Source: a virus (Duplodnaviria > Caudoviricetes). Taken from it: 64,000 nucleotides of DNA. Under the pieces are notes generated by a model, which saw nothing but the letters and a program-made list of their open reading frames with translations, had not been told where the DNA came from and did not search any database. Position 1 is the stretch's first letter; every line of letters begins with the position of its first letter. A program made the position numbers and the translations under genes. Of the stretch, positions 8,842-19,330 are shown in pieces. The stretch is from positions 128,001 through 192,000 of IMG/VR virus record IMGVR_UViG_3300033388_005412; one strand, given 5' to 3'.

Positions 8842-9643
8842 CCTCCCTGTTATTCACTAAATAAGCAATTAATTTTTTTATATCTATTTTATCCAAAACT
8901 TTATTCTTAATACAACCTGAGACATAAACAGCTATAATGAGTTTTATCAAAAACGGCAAACCAAGAACACTGATAATATAAAATATAATAACGGAAACGG
9001 CTCCTCCCTTTAAAACATCACTTGATCTAATCTGTTTTTTTCTATACGCAAAAACAGCGGAAATTATCGTAAATACTCCCAATAAAGGGTTTGCCGCAAC
9101 AATCGAACATATGCTCATTGAACCGAGTATTTCACTAATTTCACCAGCATCTTTTTTCTTCAAACCAAAAATATAAACTGTTAGTGTTAAAACAGAACTT
9201 ATCAATTTAGCACCGTTTATTGATAATAATTTATAAATATATGATTTATCAACACCTGGAATAACTGACATCTTTTCAGCAATGCTGTTAAAACTCTTAC
9301 GACTTATTGTTACAATAGGTATTCCCATTTTAGTTACAAAATCTTTAACCAGTGCCGACGTATAACCGGCAATTTCCTGTCCCATGCCGTCCCCGGCACT
9401 AACACGCTCAACTCTATTCCATGCGCTTACAACATCGTGACCACCGTCGAAAAGCCTGTGATAAACACCGTATTTAACAACACCAGCTTTATCAATAGCT
9501 TTATCATATATAGAAACAGTTGTTCCAAAAAATTTATCAGATGCTTTTTTTAAAACATCTGTAAATAAATTCATTACAGTATCGGCCGAAAAAACGGCAA
9601 CTAGACCGGACATGTTTTTCTTCATTACTTTTATAAAATTCAT
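8825..9643 (-). CDS. putative membrane protein with its own promoter (moron-like)
   Basis: YHRLFDGGH motif, several hydrophobic helices in the C-terminal half; ATG lies 6 nt after a -10 box. Confidence 0.65.
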   Translation of the reverse strand: MNFIKVMKKNMSGLVAVFSADTVMNLFTDVLKKASDKFFGTTVSIYDKAIDKAGVVKYGVYHRLFDGGHDVVSAWNRVERVSAGDGMGQEIAGYTSALVKDFVTKMGIPIVTISRKSFNSIAEKMSVIPGVDKSYIYKLLSINGAKLISSVLTLTVYIFGLKKKDAGEISEILGSMSICSIVAANPLLGVFTIISAVFAYRKKQIRSSDVLKGGAVSVIIFYIISVLGLPFLIKLIIAVYVSGCIKNKVLDKIDIKKLIAYLVNNREVVKNA

Positions 9644-9648
9644 GGTTT

Positions 9649-9677
9649 ATATTACAAAACTAAATCAGCAATGTCAA
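9649..9677 (-). promoter_or_regulatory. sigma70-type promoter, probably giving a leaderless mRNA
   Basis: TTGACA-17 nt-TAATAT, then AAACC-ATG with no SD. Confidence 0.7.
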
Positions 9678-9718
9678 CAACCAATTTCTCACCAATCACA
9701 TACAAGACATATTGCATA

Positions 9719-9747
9719 TTGACACGGAAAAAAAAATATGGTAATAA
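9719..9747 (+). promoter_or_regulatory. sigma70-type promoter for the RecD2 gene (divergent pair)
   Basis: TTGACA-17 nt-TAATAA preceded by TG; implies the real start codon is downstream of 9738. Confidence 0.5.
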
Positions 9748-11921
9748 TTGACATGAATATGAATATAAATGAAACAATTTGCGGAACGATTAAATCGATT
9801 ATATTTCAATCGAAAGAATCCGGATTTACAATTGCGTCCTTTGAAACACAAAACAAAGATCGCATAAATATAACCGGTGACCTCGGAAATATATATGTTG
9901 ACCAAGAAATTACAGTCGGGGGCACATGGAAAACACATCCTAAATTCGGAAAACAACTTACAGTTAAAAATTTCAAAATTGCCGATCCCTCAAGCAAAAA
10001 AGGCATTAGTTTATATTTATCATCAGGACGGATAAAAGGTATTGGAAAAGAAACGGCAAAACTTCTTGTCAACGCTTTCGGCGAAGAAACACTTAATGTA
10101 ATTGAAAATGATCCCGACCGTCTTACCACAATAAAAGGAATTGGTAAGAAAAAAGCCGACGTCATAATAAAAGGCTGTAAAGAATTTAAATATGTTGAAA
10201 AAATAATGGTGTGGCTGCACGCTCAAAACATATCAGCGACATTCGCCAATAGAATATACAAAGTATATGGTAAAGACGCGATTTCCCAGGTGAAACGGGA
10301 ACCATACGAACTGATTAGAAATGTTGATGGGATAGCATTTCTCAGGGCCGACGAAATAGCCAAATCTGTCGGAATAGAACCCACATCAACAAAACGAATA
10401 CACGCGGGCCTGACATTTACACTAAAAGAATCTCATAGAATTGAAGGACAAATGTATTTACCTGAAAACGTGCTAACCAAAAAAACAAGCAAAATATTAA
10501 AAATAGATGAAAGCATTGTCAAAAGAACATTAAATACAATCAAAAACGGCACAGATGAATTCTCAAATGATTTTGTAGAAGAAAACGGCAATATATACAT
10601 GACATATGCTTTAAGCAATGAAAATAAATTAGCAGCAAATCTAAAAAGAATAAACAACAGTAGAAAACCATTATTACCTGATAACCAGGTTCGTGAATTA
10701 GAACTTTTTTTAAATGCCCAGAATCCTAAATTATCAGATAAACAAATTGACTGTATAATTAAAATACTTACAATTGGCGGCATACATATCATCAGCGGAC
10801 CGGCAGGAACGGGAAAAACCCTCAGCACGACACAGCTGCTGCAATATATAAACAACTTTCTTCCGAAACTTTCTTTTGAAATCGCTTGTCCGACCGGTAG
10901 AGCGTCACAAAATATAACAGAAATAACAAAACTACCATCACAGACAATTCATAGATTATTGAAATATAATCCGGTAAATAAAGATTTTGTTTTTAATGAA
11001 GATAATAAACTATCAACTGATTTTGTAATGGTTGATGAAACATCAATGCTTGATACACAAATGGCCAGAAAACTAACTGATGCTATTTCAGACGGAACGA
11101 CTGTTGTGTTTGTCGGCGATCCGCACCAGCTGCCGTCAGTGGGGGCCGGTAATGTTTTACAGGAATTAATACAGTCCCAGATATTTCCTAATTATTACTT
11201 CAGCCAAATATTTCGCCAAGATGAAGCAAGTGATATAATAAAAGCGGCGCACGATGTTCTTAATGGAAAATATCCGAAAATCCCGAATGACTCAAAACAA
11301 TGCCGATTCATATATAGAGATACAAATGAAGGAGTAGTCGGAACAATTAAAAATATAATTAATAAAAAACCGGAATATGACATCCAGGTATTATCACCCA
11401 TGAGAAAGGGCGAAGTCGGCGTCACACTTCTTAATCAGATTATAGAGCCGATATCCAACAAATACGGAATGAAAATAAAAGATACTAAATATCACATAGG
11501 TGATAAAATAATACAAAATAAAAATCATTATAACATGGAAACAATTGGCGGCCCAATGAATGTATTCAACGGTGACATAGGTGTAATTGAAGAATATAAT
11601 GATGATGAGAACGGCGCTGTCTTTTCCGGCAAAATCAGGGGTAACAATTTCATATATCACAACAGTGATTTACCAGAATGTGATCTCGCATATGCGATAA
11701 CGGTTCACAAAAGCCAGGGCAGTGAATTTGAAAATGTTATATTACCGGTTACACGAAGTCATTTTATAATGCTATCCAGAAATCTTCTTTATACCGCCAT
11801 GACAAGAGCATCCAAAAAACTATGTATAATCGGCACACCCCAGGCCATGATGATAGCAATAAGAAATAATAAAGCTATAAATAGATATACAAAACTTGCT
11901 GAAAAATTATCAATTTCTTAA
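9738..11921 (+). CDS. recD2: ATP-dependent RecD-like DNA helicase (RecD2)
   Basis: N-terminal OB and HhH region (KGIGK repeats), Walker A GPAGTGKT, DETSM, GDPHQLPSVGAG, AYAITVHKSQGSEF. Confidence 0.95.
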   Translation: MVIIDMNMNINETICGTIKSIIFQSKESGFTIASFETQNKDRINITGDLGNIYVDQEITVGGTWKTHPKFGKQLTVKNFKIADPSSKKGISLYLSSGRIKGIGKETAKLLVNAFGEETLNVIENDPDRLTTIKGIGKKKADVIIKGCKEFKYVEKIMVWLHAQNISATFANRIYKVYGKDAISQVKREPYELIRNVDGIAFLRADEIAKSVGIEPTSTKRIHAGLTFTLKESHRIEGQMYLPENVLTKKTSKILKIDESIVKRTLNTIKNGTDEFSNDFVEENGNIYMTYALSNENKLAANLKRINNSRKPLLPDNQVRELELFLNAQNPKLSDKQIDCIIKILTIGGIHIISGPAGTGKTLSTTQLLQYINNFLPKLSFEIACPTGRASQNITEITKLPSQTIHRLLKYNPVNKDFVFNEDNKLSTDFVMVDETSMLDTQMARKLTDAISDGTTVVFVGDPHQLPSVGAGNVLQELIQSQIFPNYYFSQIFRQDEASDIIKAAHDVLNGKYPKIPNDSKQCRFIYRDTNEGVVGTIKNIINKKPEYDIQVLSPMRKGEVGVTLLNQIIEPISNKYGMKIKDTKYHIGDKIIQNKNHYNMETIGGPMNVFNGDIGVIEEYNDDENGAVFSGKIRGNNFIYHNSDLPECDLAYAITVHKSQGSEFENVILPVTRSHFIMLSRNLLYTAMTRASKKLCIIGTPQAMMIAIRNNKAINRYTKLAEKLSIS

Positions 11922-11962
11922 ACAAAAATACGCCTATATTTTTGTATTTAGGTAGTTTTTTG

Positions 11963-13018
11963 TTATTTGCCGCAAACAAATATATTGTTAACAGGTTTTA
12001 ATATTTTCCAGATTAAATAGTCAGCTCTTTCTGATTTCCCATCGAGTAAAGAAAAACACGCTCCGCTCAGTTTTTTATCATGTTCCAAAATTAAAGACGC
12101 CTGTTCTTTCCTGTTATCTATTTTTTCAGCTTCAGCAACTATTTTTTTACAATCATTTTTTAATTTATTAAATTCAACCTGCAGATTTGTTTGAATATTT
12201 TTAACCCAGTTATAAAACTCATCCGGAACATCCTTTATAACAGGCTCCAAACTCACACCGTCGCGCATCATTTCCCATATTGATTTCGCCGAAACACCTG
12301 TTAATAATTTATGTAGCCTTTTATATTCATCGCCCTTGATTTTCACACGCAGGCCATTTAAATATCTAGCAACAAATCCTTCATTATTAGCATCTAATGT
12401 TTTAGCTATCTCGATTAATTCATTCGTGTTTTTATTATATATTTTCGGAATAGTAAACCCATAAGTTTTGATAATATCCATACTCAATTCGGCGCCTGTT
12501 TCATTATTAATAACAGCTAGCAAAACTAAATCTTTTTTATCGCCATAATTAACAATTATTTTATTTTCCGGAAATATTATTTCGAATAAATACGTATATC
12601 CCTTTAAAAATCTAACATCTGATTTATTATTATTCAACCATTTTGTCGCCCAGAGCGCCTGATCTGATTCAAAGCTGCCTCTGGTTGATATGCGGTTTTT
12701 TTCACCATCATTATACAAAATACCAAGTGAGCCATCCAATTTCTCAGTAACGACCGGGATTTCGGCGGGAAGATCCTTTAAACCACATCCGTTTCTCTCA
12801 TCCCCGATATTAAAAAATTTTGGAAAAGGACGGGCAACAATATTACCTTTAGTGTCTGTAATAAGACCCCTGCACATACGTGTATAATGATCCCATATAT
12901 TATCAAATTGGCACGCCGGGGTATAATTGAATATCAGTAAATCGGCCGTAGGATGGCGCTTTTCTGATATCAAACATTTTTCAACCCGTTTTCTTATTTC
13001 AATTAAATTAACTTTCAT
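11963..13018 (-). CDS. RNA ligase, T4 Rnl1-like
   Basis: CRGLI...RPFPKFFN, EKLDGSLG (adenylated Lys motif I), EGFV, VKIK. Confidence 0.9.
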   Translation of the reverse strand: MKVNLIEIRKRVEKCLISEKRHPTADLLIFNYTPACQFDNIWDHYTRMCRGLITDTKGNIVARPFPKFFNIGDERNGCGLKDLPAEIPVVTEKLDGSLGILYNDGEKNRISTRGSFESDQALWATKWLNNNKSDVRFLKGYTYLFEIIFPENKIIVNYGDKKDLVLLAVINNETGAELSMDIIKTYGFTIPKIYNKNTNELIEIAKTLDANNEGFVARYLNGLRVKIKGDEYKRLHKLLTGVSAKSIWEMMRDGVSLEPVIKDVPDEFYNWVKNIQTNLQVEFNKLKNDCKKIVAEAEKIDNRKEQASLILEHDKKLSGACFSLLDGKSERADYLIWKILKPVNNIFVCGK

Positions 13019-14076
13019 TGTGCTTGAAATCCGATAACAGGTTTTTTCTCTTCACTGAATGACATATCATCATAATTAAAAAGATTAGCCAACGACATTT
13101 CGCGATTTACATCAATTTTTAATTTTTTTGATAATTTTTTAACCTTCTTGACATCAAGATCTTTGAACTCCCATTTGGCAAACAAGCGGCCTTTTCTCAA
13201 TAACGCCGGATCAATTTTGTCAACCGCAACATTAAATGTCGCTATTATTTGAACATTAACACAATCACCGATTATACCGTCTGATAAATTAAGTATGTTA
13301 GACACTCCTTGTCCAGAATTAATATCTCGGTTTGAAACAACATTCTCAGCATCTTCCATAATTAAAACCGAATTAGGATGATCGAGCATAAATGGTATCA
13401 ACTCAGGATCTGATATTGAATTTATTAAATTAGATGGAATATAAATTATCTGTTTATCAATTAAATGTGTAAGGTATCGTATGTATGTTGTTTTGCCTGT
13501 TCCAACTTTACCATGCAATAACACCATTCCAGAACTTTTTCGGTTGTTTAAATTTTTAACTATTATATCATGAATGTCCGAAAACCCATCATTATAATAC
13601 AAATCAATGTCAATAACAGGCTTATTAATAGTAAATTCTCTCGTATAATACTGATCATTACTTTTACACAAAATATTTATCTTACCTTTATACGTATAAT
13701 AACTACAATCTATTTTTTTTATTTTTTTAATTAAATTTTTAATATTCTTGCCGGCCGGGTAATAAATAACTAAATTTCCCACAGAATGATCAGATATATC
13801 ATTAACCACGCCTTCTTCTGCGACCAACCATATGTCATTTCCAATATCAATTCCCATTTCAACAATATATTCAATATCTTTTTTGTTTTTTGTTATAGTA
13901 TTGGATTGCAACACAAAAGGTTTGCCAAATTTATTAATTAATAAATCTGTATTATAATAACCAGGTAAACAAAACATACTGGGATGAAAATCATGTTTTT
14001 CACAATACATTCGTTTAAATGGTATAAACATGCTCGACCTTCCCAACTCATAATAACCATCATATTTTTTGCACAT
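13015..14076 (-). CDS. AAA+ ATPase
   Basis: Walker A GKVGTGKT, Walker B LIMEDAE, DPALLRKGR; likely ATG at 14076 after GGAGG. Confidence 0.9.
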   Translation of the reverse strand: MCKKYDGYYELGRSSMFIPFKRMYCEKHDFHPSMFCLPGYYNTDLLINKFGKPFVLQSNTITKNKKDIEYIVEMGIDIGNDIWLVAEEGVVNDISDHSVGNLVIYYPAGKNIKNLIKKIKKIDCSYYTYKGKINILCKSNDQYYTREFTINKPVIDIDLYYNDGFSDIHDIIVKNLNNRKSSGMVLLHGKVGTGKTTYIRYLTHLIDKQIIYIPSNLINSISDPELIPFMLDHPNSVLIMEDAENVVSNRDINSGQGVSNILNLSDGIIGDCVNVQIIATFNVAVDKIDPALLRKGRLFAKWEFKDLDVKKVKKLSKKLKIDVNREMSLANLFNYDDMSFSEEKKPVIGFQAQ

Positions 14077-14257
14077 TATATCTCCTCCATGCCCGTCGCA
14101 TTTCTTTTGTCGGTTTTCCGTTTTTGTGATATGACTTAAATACATGAAATTTTTTAATCACCGGATTATTTTTAAGTTCTTCCATAATTTTTACAGCATC
14201 AAATTCTTCGGGCATGCCCCATTTCTTTGTTTTATCTTCACTTTCACTTTGCATCAT
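14060..14257 (-). CDS. small hypothetical protein, first gene of the leftward unit
   Basis: AAGGAGG SD, downstream of the promoter at 14274-14302. Confidence 0.55.
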   Translation of the reverse strand: MMQSESEDKTKKWGMPEEFDAVKIMEELKNNPVIKKFHVFKSYHKNGKPTKEMRRAWRRYNVQKI

Positions 14258-14273
14258 TCCTCCTTTTTATAAA

Positions 14274-14302
14274 ATATTACAAAATCAGAAATCGGCTGTC
14301 AA
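14274..14302 (-). promoter_or_regulatory. sigma70-type promoter of the leftward unit
   Basis: TTGACA-17 nt-TAATAT; spacer ends TTTTG as in the 9649-9677 promoter. Confidence 0.7.
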
Positions 14303-14664
14303 GAGGCAAAAATTTTGTATATTTTTTTTGATAAATTCACATATAAAAAATCCTATATATACTGAAAAATTCCAATGTTTTCTGAAAATTTTTGTATATT
14401 TTTTCACGGGTAGGTAGTGTTATATATATGATATAACAAACTAATTTCACGGCCCCCCTTCTGTGATATTATGTAAATGATGGGGATGATAATACATAAA
14501 TGAAAAGGAGGAAACATGGAACATTTCGTTGTGTTAACAAGCATTGAACCCATAACAATTGCAATGCGTTACATCAGATGGAAGTATGGGAAAGATGTGC
14601 TTGCTAGAGTTGTTCAAGAAGAACTTCATGATGTGATCATGAAAGTAGAGAAAAGGAGGTCATT

Positions 14665-14931
14665 ATGACTATTTGTGAATCGTTGTTGTGTGGTGTGTTG
14701 GATAGTATTCCAGCATCTGCAAATGAAGTAGCTATGTCTGATTTAAACTATCAGGCAGGAAAAGAGTTCGGGCGCTCATTCAGTGAACTCGAAGCACACG
14801 AGGCCCTTCCCATAGCTAGGGAAATGGCCGATGTATGGAGTGAAGGAGTTGTGGCTGACTCTATCACACTAACGGATATATCAAGAGCCAGAAGACTTGA
14901 TAGAAAGATAGAAAGGAGGCGACTATGTTAA
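14665..14931 (+). CDS. hypothetical protein, paralog of 18845-19156
   Basis: Shared LCG.LD..PA...A..E..R.F..LEA.EA......W...D.KIERR pattern. Confidence 0.65.
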   Translation: MTICESLLCGVLDSIPASANEVAMSDLNYQAGKEFGRSFSELEAHEALPIAREMADVWSEGVVADSITLTDISRARRLDRKIERRRLC

Positions 14932-15079
14932 GCACATGGTGGGTTGTGTGGGTTGTTGGTGGAGAAATAAGAAGTGGAATCATGGACTCATGTGAGATCA
15001 TGCCAGTAAATGATGTTATCTCAAAACAAAGAGGTGATCTGGATGCTTTTGGTGACTTTTATAGTTATTGAATTAAACC

Positions 15080-15132
15080 AAAACTGAAGATATACAAGTT
15101 TAGCTACATTGTGCGGTATTTAAAGTATATCA
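15080..15132 (+). promoter_or_regulatory. bipartite repeated element, copy 1 (putative phage promoter or operator)
   Basis: AAAACTGAAGATATACAAGTTT-17 nt-TTTAAAGTATATCA just upstream of an SD and ATG. Confidence 0.65.
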
Positions 15133-15406
15133 TTAAAAGGAGGAATCATGAGATTCTACAATCAGAGAGTGGCAACACGTCACTCAAGAAAGTTGGAGAG
15201 ACTGGCTGCCAAAGCAACACAACAGGCGGCAATGACTAAACTCAGAGGCTTGTTTGGTGACAAGCAGCCTGACCCAGCAAAACAACCGGTAGACAACACA
15301 CCAGATGAACGTGATTACGCTGCATGGAATCGAAAAAGAAGAATAAGAGATATACATATGTGTCTCTCGGGGAGGTATTAATGGAATAAACCTTGGAATG
15401 TTGGCA

Positions 15407-15459
15407 AAAACTGAAGATATACAAGTTTTATCATAATGCATGGTTTTTAAAGTATATCA
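15407..15459 (+). promoter_or_regulatory. bipartite repeated element, copy 2
   Basis: Identical 22-nt and 14-nt blocks with a different 17-nt spacer, upstream of SD/ATG at 15474. Confidence 0.65.
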
Positions 15460-17652
15460 CAACAGGAGGAAGTATGAAGCTTTTTGGAAAAATTGGTAAC
15501 GTGGTTGACAACGTGATTGGTGATGTGATCACAAAAACAGGAACGGTTACAAAAGCTGTCTATGAGTCATCACCCAAAGACACTGTAAAAGTCATTGGTG
15601 CAGGAATGAGAGGTGCAAAGGCAGTCATCAGCACATTGGCCGTAAGTACCAAAGAAGCTGTTGCCGCGAAACTGACAAAGTCTCCGGAAAAGAAAGAAAC
15701 ACCAGAAAACAAAACTGATGATTCTAACGACAGTGAAGAAGTAGCGTAACAACACATAGTCCTGAGCATGACTTATAAACTGCTCAAAAGGAGGTCTATG
15801 AAAACAAAACCTGGAACGTTGATTTTGAAGAAAGGAGAAATAAAATGAAAGATGTTTTAAAAACAATTGGTAGTATGTATGCACTAGTTGGGATTTTGTA
15901 CTGGCCGATTATTCTGATGAGTCTCATCGGTTGGTCTATTGGCTGGGCTAATGAAGGGTTCAAATGGTTCATATGGAACTTTTCGCCGCCATATGTTATT
16001 AACATCGTTGTGTTAGTAGCTATTGGAACAACCTTTAATATGCTTGTGTGGCTGAAGAAACTTTATAACTAAGGAGGTGAATGAAAACAAAAACTGGCCC
16101 GTTGATTTCGAAGAAGTAAAGGAGAACAAAATGAATAATTACCTTAAAAATTATTGCACAGCATGCTGGGTTGTAATATTGCTACTTCTACCATCATGGA
16201 TATGTATCACCATGGGATGGACGTATGCGATTATCAATAGTGGACTTAAAACATTCATCTGGAGTTACAACACAGAAGAAGTACTATTCGTATTGGTCAC
16301 GTGGGTGATGAGCATCCCATTAACTGTGATATGGATAAGAAATGTTATAACTAAAGATGATAATAATCTATGTGACGTAGCAGGGCAACTGTATCTAAAA
16401 CTAAGATCTGAAATATAAGGAGGAGCCGATGAAAACAACAGTGTTAAAAGTTGTTCCGTATCATGCTGATATACTGTGTAAGAACATTGTTATATCATTC
16501 GGATTGACGCCCGAAAATAAGGTACGGGAAATGGCAAGATGGAAACCTGGAGCAGGCCGGATTTATAACCACAGTCAGTTACAAGTAAGTAAAGCGGAAT
16601 GGATCACCATGTACAGGAGGGCATGTGCGATCCTAAAGAAGTACATTGAAGATAAGAAGCAGTTAACGCTAGAAATATAAAAAGGAGGAGAAAATGAAAA
16701 AGATAGTTTTTGAAGCTTTAGTTAACAGAGCCAGAAGATCATACGGAATGAGACCGATTAAAACACCGTTTGGTATAAAGAAGGCCCGTGTCGTGTTCTA
16801 TAACACAATGATCGGACACAATGTATCGAAAGATGATGCTCAGGCTGTAATGAAAACAGCCAGTATACCGCTGCATGCAGAAAAGGCTGTCCATGGGGTA
16901 ATCTTTGCCGGTTCTCATCTTATAACAACAAGCATTATGAGAGACGCGCTGAAAACAATCAAGACATGAGTTATGACAACTGGCTTGAAAAGAAGTTTGG
17001 TGAAAAAAGGCGCCGGCTTAAATTAAAGAACGAAGAAAGAAAATTAAATTCCAGTAAAACATCAGATGAATTTCATCGAAAGTTTATGGATTTAATTGTC
17101 GAACGCGGAAAGAAGACAAGGAGGGACAATGCGATTGTATGTTAAAATGTATGGATGGCTGAAGTTTTTGTTCATGAAATGGCCGGGATTGATTAAATAC
17201 ATCCCTTCCGCTGAATGGCAGACATTATGGGCCAACATAGTATGGGAACAGGAACATGTCAGATGGGCTGATGAGTTTGATGTTGAAATAGAAGATTAAA
17301 GGAGGAATAAATGAAAAAGAAAAAAGCTAAAATTGGTGATATTATCAAAGCATCAAGGGATCTCAAAACTCTTTCACCTGAAAAAAGATTAAGCAAACTT
17401 CGAAAACTTATAGATGAAATACCATCATCTAAAACACCACATAAGAGTAAGATAAATCATGTCATTCCACGGTGCAATAGTCCGCTATTTGCCAAACCAG
17501 AGTGGATAAGAGATAATTGTATATATTCACCTAAATATGGGTACATAATCAAACCAAATTGGATGAGAGATAATTGTCTATGCTCGCTCAAATCATTAAT
17601 GGAAGCTGCAACAAGTGGATTGAATATTGAGATTAAAGACTAAGGAGGTAAA

Positions 17653-17898
17653 ATGCAAATAATAGCAAATCTGATAATTCCTGATTATATTTATGAAAAT
17701 GGAAAAATCATAAAATATAAAAAATTATCAGACAAACAAAAACAGAATGTGAGAAAACAATGTCAACACGTAAGTATACTAAAACAACAACGCATGAAAA
17801 GGATGAAACAACATACTTCGATCGACATACAGAAACTTAATGGAGCATTCACTGCATCGGATCTTGAAAAAATAAGAAAAATAAAGGAGGTAAAATGA
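17653..17898 (+). CDS. stand-alone copy of the N-terminal ~45 aa of the RNAP-like proteins
   Basis: MQIIANLIIPDYIYENG...KQNVRKQCQHVSIL versus MKIISNLIIPEFICEDG...KQDVRKHCQHVSVL (44127); nucleotide similarity is also visible. Confidence 0.75.
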   Translation: MQIIANLIIPDYIYENGKIIKYKKLSDKQKQNVRKQCQHVSILKQQRMKRMKQHTSIDIQKLNGAFTASDLEKIRKIKEVK

Positions 17899-18542
17899 CT
17901 AAATTAGAAATAGAATTTATGAAAAACTCGTTAATTTTCATTAAGAAATATAGTGAGTCTGATAAATTCAAAATTAAAAATCATACGGACTGTGCTCATC
18001 ATGTTGTGTTGTTACATAACAAAGATCTTAGTGCAGTAGATGGAATGAAAACATATAAAAAAGGAACAATGAAAGAAAAAGATATAAAAATGTTATTTGG
18101 ATATCACACAAAGGAGGTAAAATGACAAGAAATCAATGGATTGGTTTAGGAGTTGTGGGAGTTATAGGCATAATTGCTTATAAGAAAAGAAAGAAGATTG
18201 CCAAAGTAACAAAGGAGATGTGGGACAAGGGAAAGAAAGCCTATGAAAACGAAAAGGAGGCTAAATGAATAAAACACGCTCGATCATAGCTGACCGATTA
18301 AAAACTAAAAACTGGTGGATAAAAATGGTAGAACGGGATAGAGATAGATTTGAAGAATTGTTTATAACTGAAAAAGGAAAAACGATGAGATTAATTAACG
18401 TGCTAAAAAGAATAGCAAACATCGAATATAAGAATAAATCAGTTATAGATAAAAATGTTTTTATAACTATAAGAGGCATTATCTTAAAGGCAATTGCAGA
18501 TAATGAGAAGAATCAATGAGATAATGTATTACTACCTGGAAT

Positions 18543-18798
18543 GGCCGCCGCAAGGCGGCCTCAATAAATAATGAATACTCAAAATCACCAAAATCAACAA
18601 AACAGTACTCAAATCAGTAATCAAATCAACAAAACAGTACTTAAAACAATAAATCAAATAATTAAATACAAATGTGATGAAATCACAAATCAAATAGTAT
18701 CAAACAATATCAAATAGTATCAACTATTATCTATTATATATAATAGGAAGAAACAAAGAGAAATGGTGTTAAATGAAGGCGGCCGCGGAAGCGGCCTT
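18543..18798. repeat. non-coding A/C-rich direct-repeat tract bracketed by two GC-rich GNRA hairpins
   Basis: GGCCGCC-GCAA-GGCGGCC (18543-18560), GGCCGC-GGAA-GCGGCC (18781-18796); AAATCAACAAAACAGTACT x2, ATCAAATAGTATCAA x2. Confidence 0.75.
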
Positions 18799-18844
18799 GA
18801 ACCGATTGTCATATAGTAAAATATGAACAGCCAAAGGAGACAGA

Positions 18845-19156
18845 ATGTCAGAACAAGAACTGAGATTATGTGGAATGTTGGATGCTGTACCTGCCCGGTT
18901 GGGATGGGTATTTCAAAAGGATGCCGATTTGGTAGCCAGAGAGGAGTATCACAGAGAGTTCGGCGATTTGGAGGCCGAAGAGGCGATTTCTGTGAGTGAA
19001 GAGGTGATCAGCACTTGGCTTGTTGGCGGTGAAGGTCCGGTCATGACATGTGTTGGTGTACGTAAGTATTACAATCTCATGGATAAGATCGAAAGGAGGA
19101 TGGTTGAACTGAAGCATGATGTGATGCGGGTTGCCGAAATTACAGACACACCCTAG
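18845..19156 (+). CDS. hypothetical protein, paralog of 14665-14931
   Basis: See paralog entry. Confidence 0.65.
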   Translation: MSEQELRLCGMLDAVPARLGWVFQKDADLVAREEYHREFGDLEAEEAISVSEEVISTWLVGGEGPVMTCVGVRKYYNLMDKIERRMVELKHDVMRVAEITDTP

Positions 19157-19330
19157 AGGAGAGATAATGAAACATAAGATTGAATTAAGGACTAGAGATG
19201 GAACAGCTCGTGAACTTACTTTGATCATTAAACACAAATTAAATGATGGCAAGATTATAAAACTGTCTAAACATGCGGTTTTATTCAGGACTCTAACAGA
19301 GTCTTATGTTAAGGCAAGTAGGAGGAAAAA

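Larger units (their letters stand above)
15148..18519 (+). other. cluster of about 14 small hypothetical ORFs, some membrane-associated (putative early region)
   Basis: Co-oriented ORFs, each preceded by AAGGAGG-type SD. Confidence 0.6.
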
